Below are positions 18,281 to 28,151 of a DNA stretch of 64,000 nt, piece by piece. The stretch comes from a virus (Duplodnaviria; Caudoviricetes), in IMG/VR virus record IMGVR_UViG_3300015214_000031, positions 10,694 through 74,693 of that record; one strand, 5' to 3'. The notes beneath the pieces were generated by a model that made no database searches, had not been told where the DNA came from, and saw nothing but the letters and a program-made list of their open reading frames with translations. How positions within the stretch are numbered: position 1 is the stretch's first letter; each line of letters begins with the position of its first letter. A program made the position numbers and the translations under genes.

Positions 18281-18876
18281 CTTGTGTTATAGGAATGATT
18301 GATAATGGAAACATTTATATGGGAGCAGATTCAGCAGGAACAAATGGTCGGTTTCAACAAAGAATAAGGGTAGATGAAAAAGTATTCATAAAAGATGAAA
18401 TGATTTTTGGATTCACTTCTTCATTTAGAATGGGTCAACTTCTTAGATATCAATTAAATATTCCAGAACATTCTCAGAAAAAAAATTTAATGACTTACAT
18501 GAATACTGATTTTATTGAAGCTGTTAGAAAATGTTTAAAAGATTATGGTTATGCTTCTATTGACAAAAATCAAGATTATGGTGGGACTTTTTTAGTGGGA
18601 TATAAAAGTAATTTGTTTAGAATTGAAAGTGATTTTCAAGTTGGTATTTCTAAATACCCATATGAAGCATGTGGCTGTGGTGAAGATTTTGCATTAGGCT
18701 GTATTTATGGAATAACAAGAAATCAATACAAAATGGAAAATGGTATTTTGATTAAAAAAGATATAAACTTAACCCCTAAACAAATTATAAAAATTGGATT
18801 AAGAGCATCATATAAATTTTCAGCAGGAGTAAAACCACCTTTTAAAATTTTAACATTAAAAGGAGAAAAAGAATGA
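18277..18876 (+). CDS. HslV/proteasome-beta-like Ntn-hydrolase peptidase
   Basis: M-T-C-V-I-G (Thr1 nucleophile after Met removal), GADS, conserved K (DEKVF), GCGEDFALG. Confidence 0.7.
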   Translation: MTCVIGMIDNGNIYMGADSAGTNGRFQQRIRVDEKVFIKDEMIFGFTSSFRMGQLLRYQLNIPEHSQKKNLMTYMNTDFIEAVRKCLKDYGYASIDKNQDYGGTFLVGYKSNLFRIESDFQVGISKYPYEACGCGEDFALGCIYGITRNQYKMENGILIKKDINLTPKQIIKIGLRASYKFSAGVKPPFKILTLKGEKE

Positions 18877-19052
18877 TAATGTCAAATGACAAACCTGTAA
18901 TTGAATTAAAAGATTATTATTTTTGCACTGAATGCATGACTCATTACAGAAAAATACTTTATCCTAATAAAAAATGTCCTGTCGATGGTCATGATTTAAA
19001 AGAAGTTGGAACAATGGAACAAATGAAAAAGAGAGGAATTGTTAATAAGTAA
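18873..19052 (+). CDS. Small zinc-ribbon protein (59 aa, below the track cutoff)
   Basis: CTEC...CPVDG; SD AAGGAG upstream. Confidence 0.6.
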   Translation: MIMSNDKPVIELKDYYFCTECMTHYRKILYPNKKCPVDGHDLKEVGTMEQMKKRGIVNK

Positions 19053-19067
19053 CAAGGAGAAAAATTA

Positions 19068-19850
19068 GTGGGGAAAACAAAGTATTTTTTAACAGATGAA
19101 AGAAAAGAATTAATAAAAAAGTATTATGATGAAGGAAAAAATAAATTTTGGATCTCACAGTTAAAAAAAGATTATCCTAATTTGTTCGGAGATTGGCCTA
19201 ACGGTATATTAACAAAAAGAACTAGATCAGAAGGAATTATAAGTAAAAGAAATACAGATTGGAATAAAGACAATAGAAAAGAATTGATTATAGAAGCATA
19301 CGCAACACAAAGATTTCCAGGACAATATTTAAAAAGCTTACCACAATTTAGAGGTGTAAGTAGACGAAGTATTTTTCATCAAGCAGCAAAGTTGGGACTG
19401 CATTCTTCAGTATTGTGGAGTGAAACAGAAAAGAAAATTGTTTATAAATATGCAGGAGTAAAACCAGTAAGAGTTATATCTAACATTCTAAAAACCAAAG
19501 GATTTCAAAGATCGGAAGGGAGTGTTGCTCATTACATAAATACCATGTTAAAAACATCTACAAGACCTGATACTTATTCATTGGATATGGTAGCAATTGG
19601 ATTTAAATGTAATAAAAAAACTGTATTAAGGTGGATAAAGTCAGGACTTATCAAAGCAAAGAAACTGGAAAGTGGTCATTGGGAAGTAACACCATTGGCA
19701 ATAGCAAGATTCATCATCCATCACCCATTTGAATTAAACGGAAGGAGTAAACCTGACATTCCCTGGTTGGTTTCATTAATACTGGAATTTAAGAATCAAT
19801 TGGCTGAAGAAGATAGAAGACGTAAAGGTTGGAAAGACATTATAGGATAA
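19068..19850 (+). CDS. Multi-HTH DNA-binding protein (C-terminal MerR/excisionase-like HTH)
   Basis: YSLDMVAIGFKCNKKTVLRWIKSGLIKAKKLESGHWEV; upstream W-S-E-T-E Myb-like repeats. Confidence 0.6.
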   Translation: MGKTKYFLTDERKELIKKYYDEGKNKFWISQLKKDYPNLFGDWPNGILTKRTRSEGIISKRNTDWNKDNRKELIIEAYATQRFPGQYLKSLPQFRGVSRRSIFHQAAKLGLHSSVLWSETEKKIVYKYAGVKPVRVISNILKTKGFQRSEGSVAHYINTMLKTSTRPDTYSLDMVAIGFKCNKKTVLRWIKSGLIKAKKLESGHWEVTPLAIARFIIHHPFELNGRSKPDIPWLVSLILEFKNQLAEEDRRRKGWKDIIG

Positions 19851-19862
19851 AGGAGAATAAAA

Positions 19863-20033
19863 ATGAATATCTATAAAATAATCACATTTGATGGATACAA
19901 TTCAATACAATATATCATAGAAGGCTATGATTTAATTCAAGCAATTACTACTAATTATGTTATTATTCAAAGTCAAATAATTAAAGCTGAATTAATTGGA
20001 AGTAAAAATATTCAAAATCTTGCATCTTATTAA
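19863..20033 (+). CDS. Hypothetical protein (56 aa)
   Basis: SD AAGGAG upstream; open frame MNIYKIITFDG...LASY. Confidence 0.5.
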   Translation: MNIYKIITFDGYNSIQYIIEGYDLIQAITTNYVIIQSQIIKAELIGSKNIQNLASY

Positions 20034-20047
20034 TAGGAGAATAAAAA

Positions 20048-20479
20048 ATGGAAGAAAATATTTTTAAAGCAGATAAAAAAGAAGAAAATCAACCAATCAT
20101 GCTTTCTATAGATCAAATTCCTACTGAAATGCTTTCAATGTTAATTGATTCTGCACTATCTGAATTTGCTAAAAGGGCAAAGGAGGATCTTGATAATTCA
20201 CCAAATAAATATTTCAGACTATTAGGGTGGAGATTTTTTTCAGACAAAGTGGAACAGCATTATTGGGATTATGTAAGACCTCAATATGAAGATAATCCAG
20301 AAGATGACTTTCATGAATGGTCTGTAGACGAAACTTTTTCACATCTAAAAGGATACATTCAACGATTCAAAACTAATGCAAGAGGAGAAGATGAACGTAA
20401 GTTGGATATTATTAAAGTTGGAATGTTTGCCAGTATGCTTTATTGGAAATTGATAAAGGAAGAAGAAAATGAGTCTTAA
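20048..20479 (+). CDS. Hypothetical helical protein, possibly nucleotide pyrophosphatase-like
   Basis: QYED.PEDD...W......HL..YI.RF..N.RGE.E...D.IKV pattern; lies next to the dCMP deaminase. The family call is tentative. Confidence 0.35.
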   Translation: MEENIFKADKKEENQPIMLSIDQIPTEMLSMLIDSALSEFAKRAKEDLDNSPNKYFRLLGWRFFSDKVEQHYWDYVRPQYEDNPEDDFHEWSVDETFSHLKGYIQRFKTNARGEDERKLDIIKVGMFASMLYWKLIKEEENES

Positions 20480-21008
20480 AGATTGGGATGACTATTTTTA
20501 TAATATAGCAAAACAGGTAGCATCTAATTCAAAGTGTCTTTCCAGAAAATTTGGAGCAGTGCTTGTAAGAGATAAAAGTATCATCTCTACTGGATACAAT
20601 GGACCAGCTAGAGGAGTCCCACATTGTAGTGAACGATATGAAAAAGATAGTTATCTTAAAACATATATTAAAGCAAGTGATTTAGAAATTCCAAAAGATA
20701 AAAACATATGCCCTAGGCACCATTTAGAATTTAAAAGTGGGGAAGGATTAAATCTTTGCATTGCCTCTCATGCAGAAGTAAATTGTATAAATAATGCTGC
20801 CAGAAATGGACATATTACTTTAGGATGCTCTCTTTATCTGGTAGGAAAAGCACTTCCCTGTAAAAATTGTTTGAATGAAATAATCAATGCAGGAATAATT
20901 GAATTGATTGTTGATACTGACAAATATTATGATGAACAAAGTTATTATATACTTTCAAACAGTGGATTAATTACACGAAGATATCTTTTTAACTTTGAAA
21001 AGGATTAA
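20469..21008 (+). CDS. dCMP deaminase
   Basis: CLSRKFGAVLV, STGYNG, HAE, PCKNC zinc/catalytic motifs. Confidence 0.9.
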   Translation: MSLKDWDDYFYNIAKQVASNSKCLSRKFGAVLVRDKSIISTGYNGPARGVPHCSERYEKDSYLKTYIKASDLEIPKDKNICPRHHLEFKSGEGLNLCIASHAEVNCINNAARNGHITLGCSLYLVGKALPCKNCLNEIINAGIIELIVDTDKYYDEQSYYILSNSGLITRRYLFNFEKD

Positions 21009-21011
21009 ATT

Positions 21012-21353
21012 ATGGACGTAAGTAAACTATCATCCAAACCAGTTTCAGGTAAACATGGTGAAAAAAGAAGTATTAGAGAAATTCAATTTGATACAAAGCT
21101 CATTAAAATTTTAGGATTGGGTTTGCATCTTTGTAGATCGGAAAGAAGAAAGGTAGCTAAAAAATATAAGGTTGATTGGAAGGTTTATCTAATGATGGAT
21201 ATGGAAATCAGAAGACGAAAAGCATTAGGGCTAAATCTTGAAACTGGAAAACCAAATATAACTGAGAAAGATAAAAAAGAAATTATAGAAAAAGCAGAGG
21301 AAATAAATAATGAGCTTCTTTTCCAGCAACAAAAAGCTGAAGGTATATTGTGA
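21012..21353 (+). CDS. Hypothetical basic protein
   Basis: 113-aa ORF. Confidence 0.55.
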   Translation: MDVSKLSSKPVSGKHGEKRSIREIQFDTKLIKILGLGLHLCRSERRKVAKKYKVDWKVYLMMDMEIRRRKALGLNLETGKPNITEKDKKEIIEKAEEINNELLFQQQKAEGIL

Positions 21354-21768
21354 AAGATCATTTAGAGCAAATTGTGTAAATTTATTTGTATGGATAGATG
21401 ATGAAAAAAGAGTATATGAAACAGGAAAAATCTCTATTGTGAAGGATGTTATAACAGAAGAAATTCCAGAGTCTACAACAATAGCAACTGAAAATTATTT
21501 TGGAATGACAAGTGAATCAGCACAGGACTTATTAGATGAACTTTGTAGAATAGGATTCAAGCCCACTTTTGAACAAGACAGAGAGGGTCTTGTAAAAACA
21601 CTCCATAAAGAAATTGAAAAAAGAGATGAAATAATTAAAAAGCTAATGGAAGAATTTGTATACAAAAAGAGAGAACCAGATCAAAAAGAAAAATTAATTG
21701 AAAAACTCATGGATCAATTTGTTATCAAAGATGAACAACTAAAATTTAAAAGGAGTATATTAGCATGA
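21310..21768 (+). CDS. Hypothetical protein ending KRSILA
   Basis: 152-aa ORF with a coiled-coil C-terminus; ATGA overlap with the next gene. Confidence 0.55.
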   Translation: MSFFSSNKKLKVYCERSFRANCVNLFVWIDDEKRVYETGKISIVKDVITEEIPESTTIATENYFGMTSESAQDLLDELCRIGFKPTFEQDREGLVKTLHKEIEKRDEIIKKLMEEFVYKKREPDQKEKLIEKLMDQFVIKDEQLKFKRSILA

Positions 21769-21962
21769 GTGAAAAATTCTTATACGGTTTCCAATGCTCC
21801 AAATGTAAAGAAGTTGGTCAATTTGTTATTCAAGATCACGAACCAGATCTTTCTAAAGCTATGCCTTGTAAATATAAAAGATGTATTGGTTTTCCAATGA
21901 AAATTTACAAAGTTCCTAATTATAAGGATAAAATAAAAAAGAAAGAAATGAATATTGATTAG
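21765..21962 (+). CDS. Small zinc-ribbon protein
   Basis: FQCSKC...PCKYKRC. Confidence 0.55.
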   Translation: MSEKFLYGFQCSKCKEVGQFVIQDHEPDLSKAMPCKYKRCIGFPMKIYKVPNYKDKIKKKEMNID

Positions 21963-21973
21963 GATTAAATAAA

Positions 21974-22825
21974 ATGAAAACCTTATTAGTAGACAGTAAG
22001 TTTCTTCTTTATAGAAGTTTAAATGCAAAAATAAATCTAACTCATAATGAAATAAAAACAAGTTGTTACTATTTGTTTTTTAATTCACTACAATCTGTAG
22101 CAAACAAAATGAAAGTTGATAATACTATTTTAATGTGGGATAGTAATTATAGTTATAGAAGAGAAATTTATCCAGAATATAAAAGAAAAGACAAACAAAA
22201 GAATAAGGTAGTTGAAGAACAAATCAAGATGATTGAATTGGAATATGCAGGGATAAAACATACCATGAAGAATCTAGGCTTTGCCTCTTTTAATAGAAGG
22301 GGGTATGAAGCTGATGATTTATTTGCACTTTACACTAGACAGCATAATGATATTTGTGTTATTCTTACCAGAGATGATGATTTATTACAACTCCTAGATG
22401 CCAAAAGGGTTATTATCTATAACCCAATGAAAAAGAAAAAGATTACAGAAAAGTGGTTCAAAAAAGAATATGGAATAGAGGTAAAAGATTGGCCTTTATT
22501 CAAAGCCATTTGTGGTTGTAAATCAGACAATGTAAAAGGTGTTCCAGGTATTGCTAATGGAAGAACATTACAGTATCTAAAAAAAGAAGCAAGTGATAAG
22601 ATCAATAAAAAGATTTCTGAGCATAAAAAACTGATTGAATTCAATTTGAAACTAGTCACACTACCATTTAAACAAGAAGATTCAAATAAAAATCTTTTTC
22701 TTAGAAAAAAGAAAACAAATTTGAAAATGGATAAATTCATATCTCTTTGTCAGATTCTTGGATTCCGTTCCTTTTTAGAAAACCTAAACCGATTTGAAGT
22801 CTTTAGGGATAAAGACCATGCGTGA
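21974..22825 (+). CDS. 5'-3' exonuclease / flap endonuclease (T4 RNase H, T5 D15-like)
   Basis: LLVDS, WD, YRREIYPEYK, YEADD, TRDDDLLQL, GCKSDNVKGVPGI (H3TH). Confidence 0.9.
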   Translation: MKTLLVDSKFLLYRSLNAKINLTHNEIKTSCYYLFFNSLQSVANKMKVDNTILMWDSNYSYRREIYPEYKRKDKQKNKVVEEQIKMIELEYAGIKHTMKNLGFASFNRRGYEADDLFALYTRQHNDICVILTRDDDLLQLLDAKRVIIYNPMKKKKITEKWFKKEYGIEVKDWPLFKAICGCKSDNVKGVPGIANGRTLQYLKKEASDKINKKISEHKKLIEFNLKLVTLPFKQEDSNKNLFLRKKKTNLKMDKFISLCQILGFRSFLENLNRFEVFRDKDHA

Positions 22826-24224
22826 ACTTCCTGAAGTCCTAAGTTTCAATCCTAATTTTCTAAATCATATTCTACTAAACCTTATAACCAACACGGAATT
22901 TTCCAAAACAGTAATCTCTGTGTTGAATGAGCACATTGATATTTTTAAAACAAAAGAAAGAAAGTTTCTATTTAAATTAGTAAGAGATTATATTTTAGAA
23001 TTCAAGGAAGCACCACAGGATCATTTTTATGATATTTTCAAATCAGAAGAATCAAGACTTTCCAAAAAAGAATACAAAAGAGCTATGGAAGTAATCAGGT
23101 CGTTAAAGGATCTGAATCATTCCAATCCTGAATTCATTATCAATCGTTTAAGAGATGCCATAGCCCATTTTGAATTTGAAGAATCATTAGTCAATGCTGC
23201 AAGACTCCATAAAGCAGGAAACATGGAAGAAGCAAAAGCATTAATAATGAAAGCAATGCGGAAACCGGAAGAGATAAAAAGATCATATTATAATTTTTTT
23301 GAAGATACAAGTTATGTTGAAGACCGAATGAGAGGACCAGTATATGATGCAAAGACACTAGTTGAACCATTGGATGATTTAATAGGAGGAATGAATAAAG
23401 GATGGTTAATATTCGTACTAGGACCAACGAAAGGAGGCAAAACAAGATGGCTTATTGAATTGACCATTGCTTTTGCATTGCAAGGATTGAATGTTTTATT
23501 CATTTCTTTGGAAATGGGAAAGAAAGATATTGATAAAGCATTCGATCAGGCCATTGGCTTTCTTGGTGATAAACCAAATGAAGTTATTGAAACAATGAAA
23601 TATGTAAAAGGTCAATGGTGTAAAGTTAAAATGGAAGTCCCAACCATCTATGATTTAGACAAAGTTGCAAAAGCAAGAAAAGCAATAAAGAAGATGGGAG
23701 GATTAATTTACATATCAGATCAGACAGGAGGAAAATTCAATTGTAATGACACTGAATTTTTAATGGATAAAATTGAAGAGGAGGAGGGAATTATATTTGA
23801 TGCTGTAGTGACTGATTATTTATTTGAAATGGGTCCAACTGAACCAGGACAATCAACAAAGGAAAGGTTAACTTCTAATACATCCGGTGAAAAAAGAATT
23901 GCACAGGAAAGAAATGTTATAAAAGTAAATGCTCACCAAGGAAATAGAAAGGCACTAAGAGCAAAAACATTTCAATCGGATATGATTGCTGAAGATATTA
24001 ACATTATTTTTAAATCAGATTTAATTCTAGCCATTTGTCAAACAGAAAAAGAAGAGGAATTGAATCAATATAGAATGTTTGTTGGTGAATATAGACATGG
24101 ACCTAAACATGGTTCCGTTCCTCTGGTTAGGGATTTATCAAGAGGACAAATTGCATTGGGTAGAGGAAAAGACATAAAGCTGGAAGACAACAAAAAAGAT
24201 GCAGAGGAAGGAGTAGATTTCTAA
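22818..24224 (+). CDS. dnaB: Replicative DnaB-like (SF4) helicase
   Basis: Walker A GPTKGGKT, ISLEM, VVTDY, AHQ, AED, YRHGP. ATG 22818 with SD AGGGA. Confidence 0.8.
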   Translation: MRELPEVLSFNPNFLNHILLNLITNTEFSKTVISVLNEHIDIFKTKERKFLFKLVRDYILEFKEAPQDHFYDIFKSEESRLSKKEYKRAMEVIRSLKDLNHSNPEFIINRLRDAIAHFEFEESLVNAARLHKAGNMEEAKALIMKAMRKPEEIKRSYYNFFEDTSYVEDRMRGPVYDAKTLVEPLDDLIGGMNKGWLIFVLGPTKGGKTRWLIELTIAFALQGLNVLFISLEMGKKDIDKAFDQAIGFLGDKPNEVIETMKYVKGQWCKVKMEVPTIYDLDKVAKARKAIKKMGGLIYISDQTGGKFNCNDTEFLMDKIEEEEGIIFDAVVTDYLFEMGPTEPGQSTKERLTSNTSGEKRIAQERNVIKVNAHQGNRKALRAKTFQSDMIAEDINIIFKSDLILAICQTEKEEELNQYRMFVGEYRHGPKHGSVPLVRDLSRGQIALGRGKDIKLEDNKKDAEEGVDF

Positions 24225-24415
24225 TGAGTGAGGGAGGATATGAGATTCCAAAAAGTTCAGTTCCTATAATGACTAAATTTTTTAATAGAGAAATCAAGTG
24301 TAGAGATTGTGATGAAGTAGCTACATTCATTGTAGCCTCTAAAATAGATGGGTCAGATATATTTTGTTGTCCATTTCATTTTATCTCTATTTTAGAAGAA
24401 AATCAAAAGGAGTAA
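24224..24415 (+). CDS. Small Cys-containing hypothetical protein
   Basis: CRDC...CCPFH. Confidence 0.5.
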   Translation: MSEGGYEIPKSSVPIMTKFFNREIKCRDCDEVATFIVASKIDGSDIFCCPFHFISILEENQKE

Positions 24416-24419
24416 ATAA

Positions 24420-24632
24420 ATGGCAGACTCCATGTTTACATTCCCATTTGGAAAACATAAAGATGAAGATATTGAAGATGTACCTACAAGTTATCTTCAA
24501 TGGTTGGTTGGTGAAGATTGGTTTAGAACCCAGTATCCAAAAGGATATAAATCAGTCTTATCTGAGTTGAAGTACAGAAAAGATTTTGATTCAGAAGAGG
24601 ATAACGAAGATAAAAATTGGAATAGGAGATAA
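24420..24632 (+). CDS. DUF3820/QSregVF_b-like small protein
   Basis: FPFGKHKDEDIEDVPTSYLQWL matches the (M/F)PFGKxKG..I..VP..YL.W motif. Confidence 0.75.
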   Translation: MADSMFTFPFGKHKDEDIEDVPTSYLQWLVGEDWFRTQYPKGYKSVLSELKYRKDFDSEEDNEDKNWNRR

Positions 24633-24637
24633 AAACT

Positions 24638-24769
24638 ATGCTCACTTTGATATTTCATTATATATCAGCAAAATATAAATATGAAAATGATATGTTATTT
24701 TGGGTTTTTATAGTAATAGACTTTACTTTAATTAACTACCTCTTTAAGTTTTTAGATAAGATAATATAA
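24638..24769 (+). CDS. Small hydrophobic peptide (43 aa)
   Basis: SD AGGAG upstream; MLTLIFHY...MLFWVFIVIDFTLINYLFKFLDKII. Confidence 0.4.
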   Translation: MLTLIFHYISAKYKYENDMLFWVFIVIDFTLINYLFKFLDKII

Positions 24770-24778
24770 GGATTAATC

Positions 24779-26161
24779 ATGATTCAAATCATCGTTCAAG
24801 ATGCATCTTGGTGCAAAGTAATGAAGCATCCCGATCATTGGGATACTGTTTGGGATATACTTTCTTATACTCAATGGGAAAAAAATAGAATCGATGGAAG
24901 AAATGAAAAGGTAAAACGATCTTTCTTTGATCGTAGAGGAGGGAAATTTGGTACAGGGTTACTTCCATATTTAAAAAAACATTTGGATATGAAAGGAGAA
25001 AAATATAAAATAAAAAACAAATCAGACCCATACAGTTTAGAAGTAAAAAAAACTGTAAAATTTAAAAATATTTCCTTTGAAGATTACCAAAAAAGAATTT
25101 TAAATATTCTAAATAAAGAACACAGAACTGGAATTTTTCAAGCTCCAACAGGATCAGGAAAAAGTATCATCACAGCAGGTATCATTGAAAAGCTGAATAG
25201 ACCTGCTACAATCATTGTGGTTCCAAGAACCACCATTGCCAAGGGAATGCGTAATGCATTACAAAAAACATTAAACCAACCTATAGGAATGATTGGTCAG
25301 AATATATTTGAACCTGAATATATTACAGTTGTACTTTATCAATCACTACAAAATCTTAATCTTAAATCATTAAACAAAACATTAGAAGCAGTCATTATTG
25401 ATGAGGCCCATCTTGCTCCTATTAAAATAAAAGAAATACTAGAGCATCTTCCAGATGTTTATTATAGATTTGGATTGACTGCTACAGCCATAACCAAGGA
25501 TGATAGAAAAAACTGGTTGGCAGTCACTTCTCAATTAGGAAAAGTTCTAACCAAAGTGGATGATGAAGAAGCCAAATCAAGAGTAACAGACGTTGATGCT
25601 TACATGGCTAAAATAAAACTAAAGCAAACTCAAGACGATTATAACGATATATTCAAACATGATATTATTTTGAATAAACAATTTAATGAATTGTTGATTC
25701 ACCTAGCTGATACTGCATTGGATATAAAAGAAAATTGCCTTCTTCTTGTAGATCACTATGAACAAGCAAAATTACTTAAAAGCATTGCTAAAAAAAGGAT
25801 TGCCAAAGACCTACAACCTGTTGTAGTATATAGTAAAACTCCTGGTCATGTTCAAGACAAATTAATAAAAGATTTAAGCAATTCAAAAGTTAAATTTGTT
25901 ATAGCTACACCTGTTTGGGGGGTCGGTACTGATATTCCTGGTGTTGAAAGCATTGTTCTTGGATCTGCTAGAAAGAAAAAATCTACAACATTACAAAAAA
26001 TAGGTAGGGGGAGAAGACGAACCAATAAAAAGGGAAATCTATTACTTCTTGATGTTTACATTGATATGGGGTTGAAAGACAGATTTTTCCAAAAATACTC
26101 AATTAAAAGAATGGATTTATATACTAAAAATGGTTGGTTCAGGGGGTTCTTAGATGACTAA
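24779..26161 (+). CDS. SF2 DEAH helicase (UvsW/T5 D10-like)
   Basis: APTGSGKS, DEAH, GLTATA, GTDIPG, QKIGRGRR. Confidence 0.88.
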   Translation: MIQIIVQDASWCKVMKHPDHWDTVWDILSYTQWEKNRIDGRNEKVKRSFFDRRGGKFGTGLLPYLKKHLDMKGEKYKIKNKSDPYSLEVKKTVKFKNISFEDYQKRILNILNKEHRTGIFQAPTGSGKSIITAGIIEKLNRPATIIVVPRTTIAKGMRNALQKTLNQPIGMIGQNIFEPEYITVVLYQSLQNLNLKSLNKTLEAVIIDEAHLAPIKIKEILEHLPDVYYRFGLTATAITKDDRKNWLAVTSQLGKVLTKVDDEEAKSRVTDVDAYMAKIKLKQTQDDYNDIFKHDIILNKQFNELLIHLADTALDIKENCLLLVDHYEQAKLLKSIAKKRIAKDLQPVVVYSKTPGHVQDKLIKDLSNSKVKFVIATPVWGVGTDIPGVESIVLGSARKKKSTTLQKIGRGRRRTNKKGNLLLLDVYIDMGLKDRFFQKYSIKRMDLYTKNGWFRGFLDD

Positions 26162-26175
26162 AGGGGGCTTTTTTT

Positions 26176-27159
26176 ATGGAAATAAAAGATCCAAACAATC
26201 CACTTGTAATGCAAGCTGTAGACAACTTTGATCTTTTTGAATTTCTTGATTCAGAAGAAGTTGATTATTCAACCGATACAAAAAATGTTGGATCTGGTTG
26301 GGTTGGAATCAGTCCTTGTCCGTCCTGTAGTGATACATCCTATCATTTTGGATTGAACATTGAAAGAAAGACAGGACATTGTTGGGTATGTGGTTTCACA
26401 TGCAGTCCCATAAAATTCATTTCACTCATTAAAGGTATTTCATATAAAGATGCAATTCAATATGTACTGGATGAGGCAAACATAGGGGAAGAAGATTTAG
26501 AATATCAAATATTGAATATACTTAATTATAAAGAACCTGAAGAAAGCAAAAAAGTAGAAAAGAAAATAGTCCTACCCGATTGCACTGAAATAACTTCCAA
26601 AATGATTAAGCACAATCCAGCCATTCATAATTTTTTTAAAGCAAGAAAACTAAATAAAAATCATGTTACAGAGTATAAATTAAAAATTGCTCTGTCAGGA
26701 TGGGAAAGAGGAAAATTGGTTATTCCTATTCGATATAGAAAAAGAACTGTTGCATATCAGATACGATCATTCACCAATAGATTCTTTAAGAATGAAGGAC
26801 CAATTAAACATTATCTTTACAGAATGGATAGAGTAAAGAAAAACAAAAGAGTTCTTATTGTTGAAGGATGGACAGATTATGTCATAACTTATGACTTTCT
26901 TCAAAAATTCAACCTTACTGAATATGCTGTTACTACTGGATTCAGTAAGATTATTACGGATGAACAGATTTCTCTTTTAATGAAAAAGAATCCTAAAGAG
27001 GTTATTTCACTACTTGATTATGATGCTTGGGATCAATATCATGAATTAACACATCGGCTCCACTGTGATAGTTCTGTATTGATTCCTCCTAGAAACAAAG
27101 ATCCAGGAGGGATGACAGAATGGGAGTTCTTGAAAATGTTTTCGATGGGAATGAAATGA
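26176..27159 (+). CDS. dnaG: DNA primase (zinc-binding + TOPRIM)
   Basis: CPSC...CWVC zinc finger; IVEGWTD; LDYDA; KDPG. Confidence 0.85.
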   Translation: MEIKDPNNPLVMQAVDNFDLFEFLDSEEVDYSTDTKNVGSGWVGISPCPSCSDTSYHFGLNIERKTGHCWVCGFTCSPIKFISLIKGISYKDAIQYVLDEANIGEEDLEYQILNILNYKEPEESKKVEKKIVLPDCTEITSKMIKHNPAIHNFFKARKLNKNHVTEYKLKIALSGWERGKLVIPIRYRKRTVAYQIRSFTNRFFKNEGPIKHYLYRMDRVKKNKRVLIVEGWTDYVITYDFLQKFNLTEYAVTTGFSKIITDEQISLLMKKNPKEVISLLDYDAWDQYHELTHRLHCDSSVLIPPRNKDPGGMTEWEFLKMFSMGMK

Positions 27160-27422
27160 ATAAAAAATTGTATTATCCAAAACCTTTACCTTATAAAAAA
27201 GAAGTTGTTTCAATTGAAGAAATTGAAAAATTAAGAAAAATAGATTGTGTTTTTTATTCCAACTGTTTAGATCATGCTGTTGTTTTCAATTATAAAAACT
27301 TTCATTGTAAAGAATGTAATGACTACATTAGAGATCCAGATTACATTCAAGATGCTTTTCTATCAAGTGACAGTAAAAAATGTATGCGTGTAATTCAAAA
27401 AATTCTTGCTGAAGAGGAGTAA
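27156..27422 (+). CDS. Small Cys-rich metal-binding protein
   Basis: DCVFYSNCLDHA...FHCKEC. Likely start MNKK at 27156 (ATGA-type overlap). Confidence 0.55.
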   Translation: MNKKLYYPKPLPYKKEVVSIEEIEKLRKIDCVFYSNCLDHAVVFNYKNFHCKECNDYIRDPDYIQDAFLSSDSKKCMRVIQKILAEEE

Positions 27423-27427
27423 ATACA

Positions 27428-28003
27428 GTGGATGATTATTTTAAAAAGTATATACTAAACAATAATGATGTTTATAATCTTTTTGTTGAATTGGAAGGGA
27501 AAAAAAATGAAGTCTATAATGATTCAGGTGGTTTTCCAACTATAGGTATAGGACACAAATTAACTCAAAGTGAATTGACTTCAGGAAAAATATACATAGG
27601 AAATGACTCAGTAGAATATGACATTAGACTTTCTGATAATGAAATTGATAGACTATTCTGGCAAGATTTAGAAATTCATTATTATAATATAAAACAATAT
27701 GTTTTTGTGAAACTGAATCCAAATGAGATGATTGCTTTAATCTCATTTTGCTATAATATTGGAATTAATGCTTTTAAAAATAGCACATTACTAAAACTCC
27801 TCAACCAATCTCACTATAATGAAGTTCCAGACCAAATGAGAAGATGGAAATATTGTAAAGGTGAAATCATTCAAGGATTAATCAATAGAAGAGAAAAAGA
27901 AATAGCTATTTGGAATAAAGAGTATAAAAATTATAAACTTGATAAACTTCTAAAAATTAAATCTCTCATTGAGGAATTAATCAATGAAGAAGCATCATTG
28001 TAA
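27428..28003 (+). CDS. GH24 phage lysozyme (endolysin)
   Basis: LEG....VYNDSGGFPTIGIGH catalytic E-D-T motif; ALISFCYNIG; GLINRREKE. Confidence 0.9.
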   Translation: MDDYFKKYILNNNDVYNLFVELEGKKNEVYNDSGGFPTIGIGHKLTQSELTSGKIYIGNDSVEYDIRLSDNEIDRLFWQDLEIHYYNIKQYVFVKLNPNEMIALISFCYNIGINAFKNSTLLKLLNQSHYNEVPDQMRRWKYCKGEIIQGLINRREKEIAIWNKEYKNYKLDKLLKIKSLIEELINEEASL

Positions 28004-28151
28004 ATGTAAGCACTCAAAACCTTGGAAAACTTTAAAATCTGAATTTCTAGGAATAAGATTTAAAGCCTATTGGCATCAGTGCGAACTTTGTGGAAGAAGA
28101 TTTATAAAAAGTATTGCTAAAGAGAAGGTGATAGACAAACATGGTATATGA
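27984..28151 (+). CDS. Small zinc-ribbon protein (55 aa)
   Basis: MKKHHCKCKH...HQCELCGRRF; overlaps the lysozyme stop and the next start. Confidence 0.5.
   Translation: MKKHHCKCKHSKPWKTLKSEFLGIRFKAYWHQCELCGRRFIKSIAKEKVIDKHGI

Noticed and set aside
1748-27159. Inteins in the polymerase, helicases, RecA-like protein or primase
   Set aside because: Protein sizes are ordinary, and no C/S...HN-C/S/T splice junctions or LAGLIDADG blocks were noticed.
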